Origin: Candidatus Zixiibacteriota bacterium
Lineage (GTDB): Bacteria > Zixibacteria > MSB-5A5 > DSPP01
Reading direction: 5' to 3'
Length of the DNA stretch: 64,000 bases
Assembly: GCA_022614805.1 (NCBI GenBank)
Contig: JAKEHY010000002.1
Span: 4,726-68,725 of the forward strand
A program made the position numbers and the translations under genes. How positions within the stretch are numbered: the stretch's first letter is position 1; every line of letters begins with the position of its first letter. The notes below the pieces were generated by a model. The model ran no database searches and was not told where the DNA came from. It worked only from the letters and a program-made list of their open reading frames with translations. Positions 43,699 to 52,722 of this stretch are shown here, one piece after another.

Positions 43699-44346
43699 TC
43701 AGATTTCGTCCGAGCGGGGGTATTGTTTTTTGACCACCAAAGGCCAGGCGTCCCGAATGACCGGGAGGGCTCGGAGCAGGCACAGGATTACCGTCACGTA
43801 AGCCAACAGGTCGCCGATGAACACGGTGGAGCGGAAGGCCCATTGCGGCAAAAGGAACAACCCTTCCGCCGCGGCGGCAACGAAAGTCAAAATAAGCCCG
43901 AGCCAGATGAAAACCGCCGCTTTGGCGAAACCATACAACGCGCGCGAGAACGGGCTGGCGACCAGAAATTTGGTAAGCGGTGATTTCATCATCGTATCCG
44001 GTCCGAAGGCGGTTTTCCCCTCGGCAAAGGCGGCCGCCCGCAGGCTGTCGACGATGAAACTCCGGGAAATCACCGCCAACGGCATCCAGAGCGGCACCAT
44101 ATTGACGACCGCAAAATAAATCCAGAAGGCGTTTTCCACGATGCGGTCGCCGGTGATGTCCAGAAGCGCCCCGAGCTTGGAGGCAATTCCCAGCTTGCGG
44201 GCCACATAGCCATCCCAGGCATCCATCCAGATGACGGCGGCAACTAAAAGGGTAGCCAAAAGGTTTCCCCAGAAGCTTGCGCCGAAGAGGGCGATGGCTA
44301 AAAAGGCCAGCGTGATTCGGGCCAGGGTGATAATATTGGCCTGCAT
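43699..44346 (-). CDS. CDP-alcohol phosphatidyltransferase family protein
   Basis: DAWDGYVARK...SKLGALLDITGDR signature. Confidence 0.9.
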   Translation of the reverse strand: MQANIITLARITLAFLAIALFGASFWGNLLATLLVAAVIWMDAWDGYVARKLGIASKLGALLDITGDRIVENAFWIYFAVVNMVPLWMPLAVISRSFIVDSLRAAAFAEGKTAFGPDTMMKSPLTKFLVASPFSRALYGFAKAAVFIWLGLILTFVAAAAEGLFLLPQWAFRSTVFIGDLLAYVTVILCLLRALPVIRDAWPLVVKKQYPRSDEI

Positions 44347-44350
44347 ATTT

Positions 44351-45280
44351 TTACCTCGTTTCTCCGCCGGTTGGGAAAGCGGTGGTTTTCGGATACCAAC
44401 GTTTTACGAGCACGGATGAAAATAAGAAGGCCGCAGCTCCAATGGCAAGCCCGGCTGCGCCGTCCACGAAGTAATGATAGCGGCCGTAAACCGTGGAGAA
44501 AAATAGCAAAGCAAACCAGATGACGCTGCCCCAAAAGATTTTTTTGTCCGTTCGGGCGGCGCTGAGGAGGAGGGCCGTGGCGGCGGACAGGTGGGTGGAG
44601 GGAAAGCAGCCGCCGGTGATGGCGCCCTTGTGGTGCAGGTAGTCGTTTAGTTGGCGGAAAATCCACTTCCCCTCGATTAACATCGTCTGGTGGCCGGCCA
44701 AAGTTTTCCAGGGGCCTTCGGCCGGAACCAGAGGGAAAATAAGGTATCCCAGATAAAGAGCCAGAAGATAATGGGCGGCGAAGGTCTGGAAATTTCTTTC
44801 CGACTGCTTGAGGTAAATCCACAGTCCGAAGAGCGGAATGAAGTAGTAGGTGAAGTAAATAAACTCAAAAAACTCGGTCACATATGGATTCGTGATTTTC
44901 TCTAAAACCACGGTTGGATGCCCCCCCAAAAGCTTGAAATCCGCCGCTATCAACCATCCGTTTTTCCATTCGGGATGAATCAAATGCACGAAATTCTCCG
45001 CTTCCCAGAACAAAAAAGTTACCAGAAGAAACGGATACCAGTGGCGGAAAAACTTGAATGCCGGACTTGTCCACTGAATGCTTGCTACGAAAAGAATGGA
45101 AGAAGCAATGCCAAAATGCAGGAGCAAAAAACGCCACCAGCCGGAGAGGTTGGCGTGGAGAATCAGAATCAAAATCGAGATAACCGCTATATATCCAAGT
45201 GTGGCAACATCAGCTGGAAGTAAAAAGATTCGCTTTGGCGGCACGAGTGAGAATATGCCTTGAACGGAACTTTTGGGCAA
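44351..45280 (-). CDS. PAP2-superfamily membrane protein (Aur1/IPC-synthase-like)
   Basis: PAEGP, FPSTH, STVYGRYHYFVD motifs; multiple TM helices. Confidence 0.8.
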   Translation of the reverse strand: MPKSSVQGIFSLVPPKRIFLLPADVATLGYIAVISILILILHANLSGWWRFLLLHFGIASSILFVASIQWTSPAFKFFRHWYPFLLVTFLFWEAENFVHLIHPEWKNGWLIAADFKLLGGHPTVVLEKITNPYVTEFFEFIYFTYYFIPLFGLWIYLKQSERNFQTFAAHYLLALYLGYLIFPLVPAEGPWKTLAGHQTMLIEGKWIFRQLNDYLHHKGAITGGCFPSTHLSAATALLLSAARTDKKIFWGSVIWFALLFFSTVYGRYHYFVDGAAGLAIGAAAFLFSSVLVKRWYPKTTAFPTGGETR

Positions 45281-45352
45281 TTCTTTAAAACCTCTCCCCT
45301 AACCCCTCCCCGATGAGAGGGGGGCAGAGGTCAGGTCAAATTTCCCCGATAT

Positions 45353-45382
45353 AAAAAACCGCCCCGATTTCTCGGGGCGGCT
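45353..45382 (-). terminator. Terminator after sigma factor gene
   Basis: aaaaaaccgccccga-tttc-tcggggcgg hairpin with U-tract on the minus strand. Confidence 0.75.
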
Positions 45383-45430
45383 GTGGGGAGGTGATACCGA
45401 AAAACCGGCTCTCGCGAGCGGGCAATGTCT

Positions 45431-46285
45431 TCAGTTCAAATACGCGCGCAATGCCTTGGAGCGGGAGGCGTGCCGCAGCCGGCGAATCGCTTTCTCCTTA
45501 ATCTGGCGCACCCGCTCGCGGGTCAAGTTAAAGCGGGCGCCGATTTCCTCCAGCGTCAGGGCCTTTTCGTGGTTCAGCCCGAAGTAGAGATTGATGACCT
45601 CCGCTTCGCGCGGCGTCAGCGTGTCCAAAGCCTTTTCGATTTCCGAGCGCAGGGAATCCCGCAACAGCTCTTCGTCCGGGGAGGGCTGATTGTCGTCCTC
45701 CAAAACGTCAATCAGCGAATTGTCCTCCGAGGTGGAAAAGGGAGCATCCAACGAGAGGTGCGAATTGGAGATTTTCAAGGTGTCGGAAACCTCCCCTTCA
45801 GTCAGCGACAGCTCGCTGGCAATCTCGTCCGCCGAAGGGTCGCGCCCAAGCTCCTGCTCCAGGGCGGCGGAAACCTTCCCGATTTTGTGCAGAGTGCCGA
45901 CCCGGTTTAAGGGGAGGCGGACGATGCGGGACTGTTCGGCCAACGCCTGCAAAATCGCCTGGCGAATCCACCAGACGGCGTAAGAGATGAACTTGAAGCC
46001 GCGGGTTTCGTCGAACCGCTTGGCCGCCTTGATAAGCCCGATGTTCCCCTCGTTAATCAAATCGGCCAGGGAAAGCCCCTGGTTCTGGTACTGCTTGGCC
46101 ACCGAGACCACGAAGCGCAAATTGGCCTTGGTCAACTTTTCCAAAGCCTCCTGGTCGCCGGCCCGGATAAGCTTGGCCAAGGTCACTTCCTCGGCGGCGG
46201 TGATGAGCGGGGTTTCGCCGATTTCCTTCAGATACAAATCGAGCGAGCGGTCCTCGTCCCGGTATTTTTTCGACTGTCGCGCCAT
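45431..46285 (-). CDS. rpoD: RpoD/SigA-family sigma-70 factor lacking region 1.1
   Basis: [45 protein letters not shown]. Confidence 0.88.
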   Translation of the reverse strand: MARQSKKYRDEDRSLDLYLKEIGETPLITAAEEVTLAKLIRAGDQEALEKLTKANLRFVVSVAKQYQNQGLSLADLINEGNIGLIKAAKRFDETRGFKFISYAVWWIRQAILQALAEQSRIVRLPLNRVGTLHKIGKVSAALEQELGRDPSADEIASELSLTEGEVSDTLKISNSHLSLDAPFSTSEDNSLIDVLEDDNQPSPDEELLRDSLRSEIEKALDTLTPREAEVINLYFGLNHEKALTLEEIGARFNLTRERVRQIKEKAIRRLRHASRSKALRAYLN

Positions 46286-46379
46286 TACTTGGTGTTCTCC
46301 TCACTAAAATTACGATACCGGCCGAAAACCGGCTCCAACCCCTGGAATTTTTTGAACCAAATTTCCGACCGCATGGCTC

Positions 46380-47849
46380 CTACCCGCCGGCCCGGATGGC
46401 CACGTAAACCGGCTGGGAGTCCAAGTCGTGCACCAGGAGCGAAACCGGTTTTTCCCGGCCGACCGTCTTCAGCGCCTGACGAAACTCGGCCTCCGAGCGC
46501 ACCGGCTGGTTGTTCACTTCCGAAATGATAAAACCCGGTTCGATTCCCTTCTGTTCGGCCGGGCTGCTCGGCTCCACCTCCACCACGATTAAGCCCGGGT
46601 TGAACTCCACGCCGAAGCGCTCGCACAGCTCCGGCGAACTGGTGCGCACGTGGACGCCGACCACCGGATCCGCGGTAACCGGGGGTTGGCGTTCTTCTGC
46701 TCGCGAGACCAACGAGGCGTTCCGCTCCGCCAGCCGAACGTTGAGCCTGATAATCTTTCCCTCCCGGAAAACTTCCACCGGCACCGCTTTTCCCGGTCCG
46801 GCCGAGGCGACCCAGAAACGCAACTGGGTCAAATCGGCAACTTTCTTGCCGTCAAACTTGAGAATGACGTCCCCCTGTTTGAGTCCCGCCGCCGCGGCCG
46901 GGCCATCCGGCAAAACTTCGCTAAGAATGACTCCTTCGGTTGATTTCAACCCGTACGAATCAGCCAGGTCCTTGGAAAGGTCCTGCAGGTAAACACCGAG
47001 CCATCCCCGGGAGACTCGGCCCGTGCGCATTAAATCCGGCAAAACCTCTTTGACCATATTTATAGGGATGGCAAAGCCGATTCCCACATTGCCGCCCGAG
47101 GGGGAGGCGATGGCGGAATTAATGCCAATCACCTGGCCGTGGATGTCCACCAGCGGGCCGCCGGAGTTCCCCTGGTTGATGGCGGCATCGGTCTGAATGT
47201 AATCCTGATAGGCGGGGGTCTCGTCCCGGCCGAATTGCAAATTGGAGCGCCCCTTGGCGGAGACCACGCCGACGGTCACCGTCCGGTCCAGCTCTTCCTG
47301 GGGAAAGGGATTGCCGATGGCCAAAACCCAATCCCCCACCCGCAGGGAATCGGAGTTTCCCAAATCCAAAGCCCAAAGCCGCCGGTCGGCCTCGATTTTC
47401 AATACCGCCACGTCGGTCTCCTTGTCGGCCCCCACCAAACGGGCCTTGTAGCGGGACCGGTCGGAAAGAGTAACCCAGATTTCGGTGGCCCCGGCGACGA
47501 CATGATTGTTGGTCAAAACGTGGCCGTCCGGGCCAAAAACAAAGCCGGAGCCGAGCGAAGTGCTGGGGACCCGACGGCGGTCTCCGAACGGAAACCAGGA
47601 ATGGTAGCGGCTCAAATCCTCCACTTTTTCGGCGGAGATGTTCACCACCCCGTCCCGAACCCGCTCCACCACCGCCACAAAAGGAGAAGCCACTCCGGGA
47701 TTGAGGTAGGTGCTCGGCCGTTTTTCCTGGCTAAAACCCCGGTTGGGAAGGTCCAACCCGGTGGCAATGAAGATGCCAACGAGGGTAAAAAACCCGGCGA
47801 TAAAGAAATAGCTTAGATACCGCTGGTTTTGAATGCGAACCAACTTCAT
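46380..47849 (-). CDS. degP: Do/DegP/DegQ serine endoprotease with two PDZ domains
   Basis: GSGF, TNNHV, IQTDAAINQGNSGG, GIGFAIP. Confidence 0.93.
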   Translation of the reverse strand: MKLVRIQNQRYLSYFFIAGFFTLVGIFIATGLDLPNRGFSQEKRPSTYLNPGVASPFVAVVERVRDGVVNISAEKVEDLSRYHSWFPFGDRRRVPSTSLGSGFVFGPDGHVLTNNHVVAGATEIWVTLSDRSRYKARLVGADKETDVAVLKIEADRRLWALDLGNSDSLRVGDWVLAIGNPFPQEELDRTVTVGVVSAKGRSNLQFGRDETPAYQDYIQTDAAINQGNSGGPLVDIHGQVIGINSAIASPSGGNVGIGFAIPINMVKEVLPDLMRTGRVSRGWLGVYLQDLSKDLADSYGLKSTEGVILSEVLPDGPAAAAGLKQGDVILKFDGKKVADLTQLRFWVASAGPGKAVPVEVFREGKIIRLNVRLAERNASLVSRAEERQPPVTADPVVGVHVRTSSPELCERFGVEFNPGLIVVEVEPSSPAEQKGIEPGFIISEVNNQPVRSEAEFRQALKTVGREKPVSLLVHDLDSQPVYVAIRAGG

Positions 47850-48235
47850 TCCTCCTCCGCGGCTCCGAGTGTTTTCGAGCCGCCCAATCGATTTTTAAGA
47901 CAAAATTTCAATATATACCAATTTGAATTTGAGTCAAGATTCTTCTTCTAGTTCTTACATTTTTTGGCAAGCCGTTGTACTTCATTGGGTTAATAAAAAG
48001 CGCACGGCCCATTTCCAAAATATTATACGCAGGAATTGCGAATTTAGTTGCTGGCAATTATGGCAGAAAAATGACCAGATAACCTTTTCGGGAAGCCGGG
48101 CACCGGTACATTTTGGTACCGTCGTTTGGCGCATCTGAGAAATCTTGGAAACCCTTAAACGCCGACAGACCCTTCTGTCCCAAATGACTTGCGAAGTTTT
48201 TCTGATCCCGTGTCGCGGATTTCTGTTTCTATTAA

Positions 48236-48309
<74 letters not shown>

Positions 48310-48319
48310 ATCGACTCAA

Positions 48320-48348
48320 ATTATACCGGTTTGCCGGGCGCAAGTCAA
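48320..48348 (-). promoter_or_regulatory. Sigma-70 promoter of the tRNA
   Basis: TTGACT-17 bp-TATAAT on the minus strand. Confidence 0.8.
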
Positions 48349-48382
48349 GAAGAGCACGTCTTACCAAGGCGCCAAAAAGATG

Positions 48383-48411
48383 TTGACAAAAAAATGACCG
48401 GGGTGTAACTT
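48383..48411 (+). promoter_or_regulatory. Sigma-70 promoter for the fadL-like operon
   Basis: TTGACA-17 bp-TAACTT. Confidence 0.65.
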
Positions 48412-48533
48412 CTTACTTTTGTTGGAAAGAGGTAGCGCGTTCGCCTCGGCTCTGTTTGGTAAAGCGACTGAAAAGTCGAAATAGAAAAACTATAAAAGAA
48501 TCGGAAGAGTCCGTTTCGCGAGGTTATTAGGGT

Positions 48534-50075
48534 ATGAGAAGTGACCGATTTTTTGGGGGGATGCTTTTTTTTATTTTTCTTCTAACCGAGTCCGGACAGA
48601 CGGGGGGTTATGCCCTTCCGGGAGTGGGGGCACACGCCAACGGAATGGGGGGGGCCTTTCGGGCTCTGGCCGATGACTGGTCGGCGGCCTACTGGAACCC
48701 GGCCGGACTGGCCTTTCAGACCCGCTCGGAGTTTACGTTGGGTGGAATCCTCACCGCCAGCCGGGTAAAATATCTTCCCCGAACGGCCAACGGCGGCTAC
48801 AACCTCGGATTTGTTTCCGACAGCACCGAAGAACGCTATCCGTTCGACCGGACCGTCCCTTTCGGCACGGGCTCCCTTTTCTTGCGTTTTCCGCAACTCG
48901 GGCGGCTTAACGTGGGAGTTGCCGTTTTCACCCCCTATCATTCTTTTTCCGAGTGGGACCTGTTTTCCCTTCCCTATGAGTTTACTGGAGAGACGGAATC
49001 GCAGGTTCCCTTTCCTTTTCCCGAAAAAAACTTCAACTCAAACATCCGGGTGGTAGATGTTCACCCCACGGCGGCCCTCTCCCTTCTGGGAGGCAAGCTG
49101 GCTTTGGGTGCGGGCCTTTCGGTGGCCCGGGCGGATTGGAATTTTTCCCGGCCGGTCTTGCTCCCGATAGAAGAAAGTTTTCAGTCGTTCTTTGACCAGA
49201 GGGATTCCGCCCAGGCCGCCCAGGTGGACAGCGCCGAGCGGGTTTTCGAGAACAATCCAAACCTGATAAGCTATCCGCAGGAAAACGTGGTGACAATGGT
49301 GCGGCTGGGTTTGGGGCAATGGGGAGTGGGGGGAAATTTGGGCCTGCTTTTTAAGCCCACGGAGAAACTTTCCATCGGGCTCTCCTACCGGTCCCCTATA
49401 CGGTTCAAGCTTAAAGGAGACTACCACCAACAGTTTTATTTTCCCTTCAACGAGTCCAAGTTAAATTATTTTCCCACCAGCGACCAGACTTTGGACGGAT
49501 TTCGCTTCATCTTCAGCGGGCAGGGAAAAGACCTTTTTATCGGTTCCAACGCCACCCGGTTCACCTTGGAACTTCCGCAGGATTTTGGGGCCGGCCTGGC
49601 GTTCTCTCCGAGCGAGCACTGGACGGTTGCGGCCGATTTTAGCTGGTTTAACTGGAAGGTGATGGACAGCATACCGGTTACCTTTGAGGATACCTCGCAG
49701 GTCTCGAAACTGGGATATCCGACCTTTAGGTTCGGCTGGAAAAACACGATTCGCGTCTCGGCGGGGGCCCGGTATAATTTCAAAGACCGCTGGGTCTTCC
49801 GGGTGGGCTGGTTCTTCGACCAGTCCCCCATACCGGATTCCTCCTTCAACCCCCTTTTTTTGGACGTGGGGGACAAACATTCCTTTAATCTTGGAGTGGC
49901 TTATTTGATAGGGAGATGGGAGATGAACTATAATTTTGAGCTTTTGGCTGCTCAAAAGAGAGATTTTTCCCAACTTACCGGACTTTATGTCAACCTGCCG
50001 GGGGTTTACAAGGATACCCGCTTTACCTCTTCCGCCTCGGTGACCTATCGCTTCGACATTCAATCTGGGAAGTAG
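48534..50075 (+). CDS. FadL/OmpP1 family outer-membrane transporter
   Basis: GMGGAF.ALADD.SAAYWNPAGL N-terminal motif, beta-barrel pattern. Confidence 0.88.
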   Translation: MRSDRFFGGMLFFIFLLTESGQTGGYALPGVGAHANGMGGAFRALADDWSAAYWNPAGLAFQTRSEFTLGGILTASRVKYLPRTANGGYNLGFVSDSTEERYPFDRTVPFGTGSLFLRFPQLGRLNVGVAVFTPYHSFSEWDLFSLPYEFTGETESQVPFPFPEKNFNSNIRVVDVHPTAALSLLGGKLALGAGLSVARADWNFSRPVLLPIEESFQSFFDQRDSAQAAQVDSAERVFENNPNLISYPQENVVTMVRLGLGQWGVGGNLGLLFKPTEKLSIGLSYRSPIRFKLKGDYHQQFYFPFNESKLNYFPTSDQTLDGFRFIFSGQGKDLFIGSNATRFTLELPQDFGAGLAFSPSEHWTVAADFSWFNWKVMDSIPVTFEDTSQVSKLGYPTFRFGWKNTIRVSAGARYNFKDRWVFRVGWFFDQSPIPDSSFNPLFLDVGDKHSFNLGVAYLIGRWEMNYNFELLAAQKRDFSQLTGLYVNLPGVYKDTRFTSSASVTYRFDIQSGK

Positions 50076-50083
50076 GAGAACAA

Positions 50084-51448
50084 ATGAAAATGCGTCGGGT
50101 TAACTTTATTCTTCTGGCCTTATGTTTGGGAACGCTGACTTTAGCCGGCTGCAGCAAAAGAAAAAACCCGGCCAAGCCGGGTTTGCCTCCCCAGGGGCAG
50201 GTGGAGGAGCAGCCGTCGGTTCCGTTCGAGGGAACTCTGGATTTGGCCCACAATGCGCTCATTTTAAACGGCCTTCGCCCGGATCCGGACCAGCGGCGGA
50301 TTCGACTTTATCTACCTCCTGGCTACCAACGCCGAGGGAGCGGTCGTCCTTTCCCCACTCTTTATCTGTTGCATGATTTTGGGCTCTATCCGGACCTAAA
50401 AGGCCAACCGGCTTGGAACCAGGGATATTTTAACCTTTATGAACTGGCCTCAATCATGGACCGGCTGATTGCCTCCGGTGAGATTCAACCGATGATTGTG
50501 GTGCAGGTCGACTTGGCCAATTACTTTTACGGCGGCAGCTTCTATACCAATTCCACCTCGGCGGCCCGCTACTTTACGGCGGTCGACAGTTTTCTGGTTC
50601 ACTATGTGGACAGTTTCTATAATACGGTTTTCGGCCGTCGTTCCCGGGCGGTTTCGGGGCATGGGATGGGGGGATACGGGGCTTTGAAGATGGTTTTAAT
50701 GGGAAATGACACCACCTTCGGTTCGGTTTCCGTTTTGGGCGCCCCTTTAGCCTTTGGCGACTCTGGAACAACGGGAAAAGGATTTCAAAGCCCGGCTTAC
50801 ATCAATGCCCTTTTTACGGAAAACGGGATAACGCCGGGCGACTCGATCCGCTTCCGCAGCGATACCGTTCTTTTCCCAAGCCCTTTGCATACCACCAAGT
50901 TGAAGACGAACCTTCTTTTTGCCATGGGGGCGTCTTTTTCTCCGGCGGATACCACTTTTCGTGATTCCATTGATACTCAACCTCCTAAAAATGGCCCCGG
51001 GCGCGAAGCACTCTTAGCCCGATACCCGACTTACTTTCAATTCTCCAAAAGTACGCATGACCCCGGTTTCTTTTTTCCCTTTGACTGGAATGGAGTGGTT
51101 ATCGAGTCGGTCTGGAACCGCTGGATTGACCACGATATCAAGCGGATGCTCGCCAACCCGGCCCGGGCCGGTCGGCTGGACTCCACGCCGCTTTACCTTT
51201 CCTGCGGGTTGCAGGATGAGCTGGGGATGCTGGAGCAGAACCGGGACTTTTATCAACGACTTTTGGCCGTGCGGGGAGCTTCCAAACAGGCAGCAAACTT
51301 TATTGGAATGGGGCGCGACCAGTTTTACTACGAAGAGTATTCCGGCTACCCGGGCCGGCCGGCGGGACATTCGACTTTCATAGCCGACCAGTTGGTGAAG
51401 GTGCTAAAGTTTCATACCCAATTTTTGGATACGGCCAGCGTGCCGTAA
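50084..51448 (+). CDS. Esterase-fold (alpha/beta hydrolase) lipoprotein with Gly at the nucleophile position
   Basis: LAGC lipobox, YLPPGY...P.LYLLH, GHGMGGYGA instead of GxSxG. Confidence 0.8.
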   Translation: MKMRRVNFILLALCLGTLTLAGCSKRKNPAKPGLPPQGQVEEQPSVPFEGTLDLAHNALILNGLRPDPDQRRIRLYLPPGYQRRGSGRPFPTLYLLHDFGLYPDLKGQPAWNQGYFNLYELASIMDRLIASGEIQPMIVVQVDLANYFYGGSFYTNSTSAARYFTAVDSFLVHYVDSFYNTVFGRRSRAVSGHGMGGYGALKMVLMGNDTTFGSVSVLGAPLAFGDSGTTGKGFQSPAYINALFTENGITPGDSIRFRSDTVLFPSPLHTTKLKTNLLFAMGASFSPADTTFRDSIDTQPPKNGPGREALLARYPTYFQFSKSTHDPGFFFPFDWNGVVIESVWNRWIDHDIKRMLANPARAGRLDSTPLYLSCGLQDELGMLEQNRDFYQRLLAVRGASKQAANFIGMGRDQFYYEEYSGYPGRPAGHSTFIADQLVKVLKFHTQFLDTASVP

Positions 51449-51467
51449 GGTGGATTTTTCTGTTGTG

Positions 51468-51498
51468 AAAAAGCTCCGGCGACCGCCGGAGCTTTTTT
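51468..51498. terminator. Bidirectional terminator
   Basis: aaaaagctccggcg-ac-cgccggagctttttt. Confidence 0.8.
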
Positions 51499-52543
51499 AT
51501 GGCCCGCCTGAAAATTCTTCTTGTTCGGATAAAATGGCCGCCAACATACCGGCAATTTTTTGGTGAGCAGCGGCCGACGGGTGGATGAAATCGTCCGGCA
51601 GGTTTTGCCAGACGGAAAGCTCGCCGGACAGGGCCGAATCGGCATCCACCAGAGGGATGTGATGGACCGATGCGAGTTTTCTTATTTCCGCGGCGTACGT
51701 TCGGAACGGTTCGTAGAAGGACTCGCGGTACCGTTTCTCCTGGCCGCCCATCCATTCGGGTTTTGGAGCGGGAGGCAGAATCAAAATCGGCTGGATGTCG
51801 TGGCTGCGGCTGCGTTCCAACATTTCCTCAAAGTTAGCCCGATACTCCTTTTGGGGTACCCGCGGAAGGCCGGAAGTTTTGGCCGGGGAGGAGAAAATCC
51901 GCAAAGAAAAATAGCGTCCCCAGCGGCAGGCCGCCAAACGCGCCAGAAAGTTCTGGAGGGCCAGCACCCTTTGCGGCGGCATTTTCTGCTCGGAGTCGGC
52001 AACGCCGTTGGCCGCCGGCAACAAATCGTTCCAGATGTAGGCGACACTTACCACCTGCGGCCGGTATTTTTGCAGAAGTTCGTTCAAAAGCCGTTTTCCC
52101 TGAAAGGTGGTGTAACCGGTCTGGGCGCAGTTGTAAACCTCGTAACGGTCCGGCAGGAGTTTTTGCAAGACTTGCGGGTAGGCGCGTTCTTCCGCGACCT
52201 GCCAGCCGAAGGTGATGGAATTCCCTAGACAAAGAATCCTCCTTTTGCTTGAAGGTCGATTTTCGGAAAATTCCCGGTCACGGAAACCTCCCGAGTTGGT
52301 TCGGTAGCTTCCAGCCACGACAAAATCGCTTTTGATATTCTGGTTGGGGCGCAACCGCCAGAAAAGATTTTTGTCTTTTAGGTAAAATTTGGGGAAATCC
52401 ATCTCCGGATTGTAAATGAGCCGGAAGCTTGGCGGGCGGGGGGGTTCGGGCAACAGCCGAAAGAAAAGCTCGGCGACTGAAAGCGAGAAAAATACCAGCA
52501 AAATCGAGAAAAGGATTTTCTTTCTCGGAGTCAGGTCTGCCAC
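51497..52543 (-). CDS. Membrane-anchored SGNH/GDSL hydrolase
   Basis: LCLGNSITFG, GYTT, WND, DFIHP. Confidence 0.85.
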   Translation of the reverse strand: MADLTPRKKILFSILLVFFSLSVAELFFRLLPEPPRPPSFRLIYNPEMDFPKFYLKDKNLFWRLRPNQNIKSDFVVAGSYRTNSGGFRDREFSENRPSSKRRILCLGNSITFGWQVAEERAYPQVLQKLLPDRYEVYNCAQTGYTTFQGKRLLNELLQKYRPQVVSVAYIWNDLLPAANGVADSEQKMPPQRVLALQNFLARLAACRWGRYFSLRIFSSPAKTSGLPRVPQKEYRANFEEMLERSRSHDIQPILILPPAPKPEWMGGQEKRYRESFYEPFRTYAAEIRKLASVHHIPLVDADSALSGELSVWQNLPDDFIHPSAAAHQKIAGMLAAILSEQEEFSGGP

Positions 52544-52720
52544 TTAGAAAAGGGAATAAATGAACGGCGCCAAAACCGAGCTTTCCGCAAAGAGAATGAA
52601 AAGGGAAAGCAGAGCCAGAAAGGCCATCACCGGAAACAGCCACAGCTTTTTTTCGGTGCGGGCAAAAAACCACAACTCCTTCAAAATTTGTAAACGGTGC
52701 GTGTAATCTTTGAACGCCAT
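52544..52720 (-). CDS. Small membrane protein, DUF5989/SxtK-like
   Basis: Manual translation MAFKDYTHRLQILKELWFFARTEKKLWLFPVMAFLALLSLFILFAESSVLAPFIYSLF; below the ORF-track cutoff. Confidence 0.8.
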   Translation of the reverse strand: MAFKDYTHRLQILKELWFFARTEKKLWLFPVMAFLALLSLFILFAESSVLAPFIYSLF

Positions 52721-52722
52721 TT

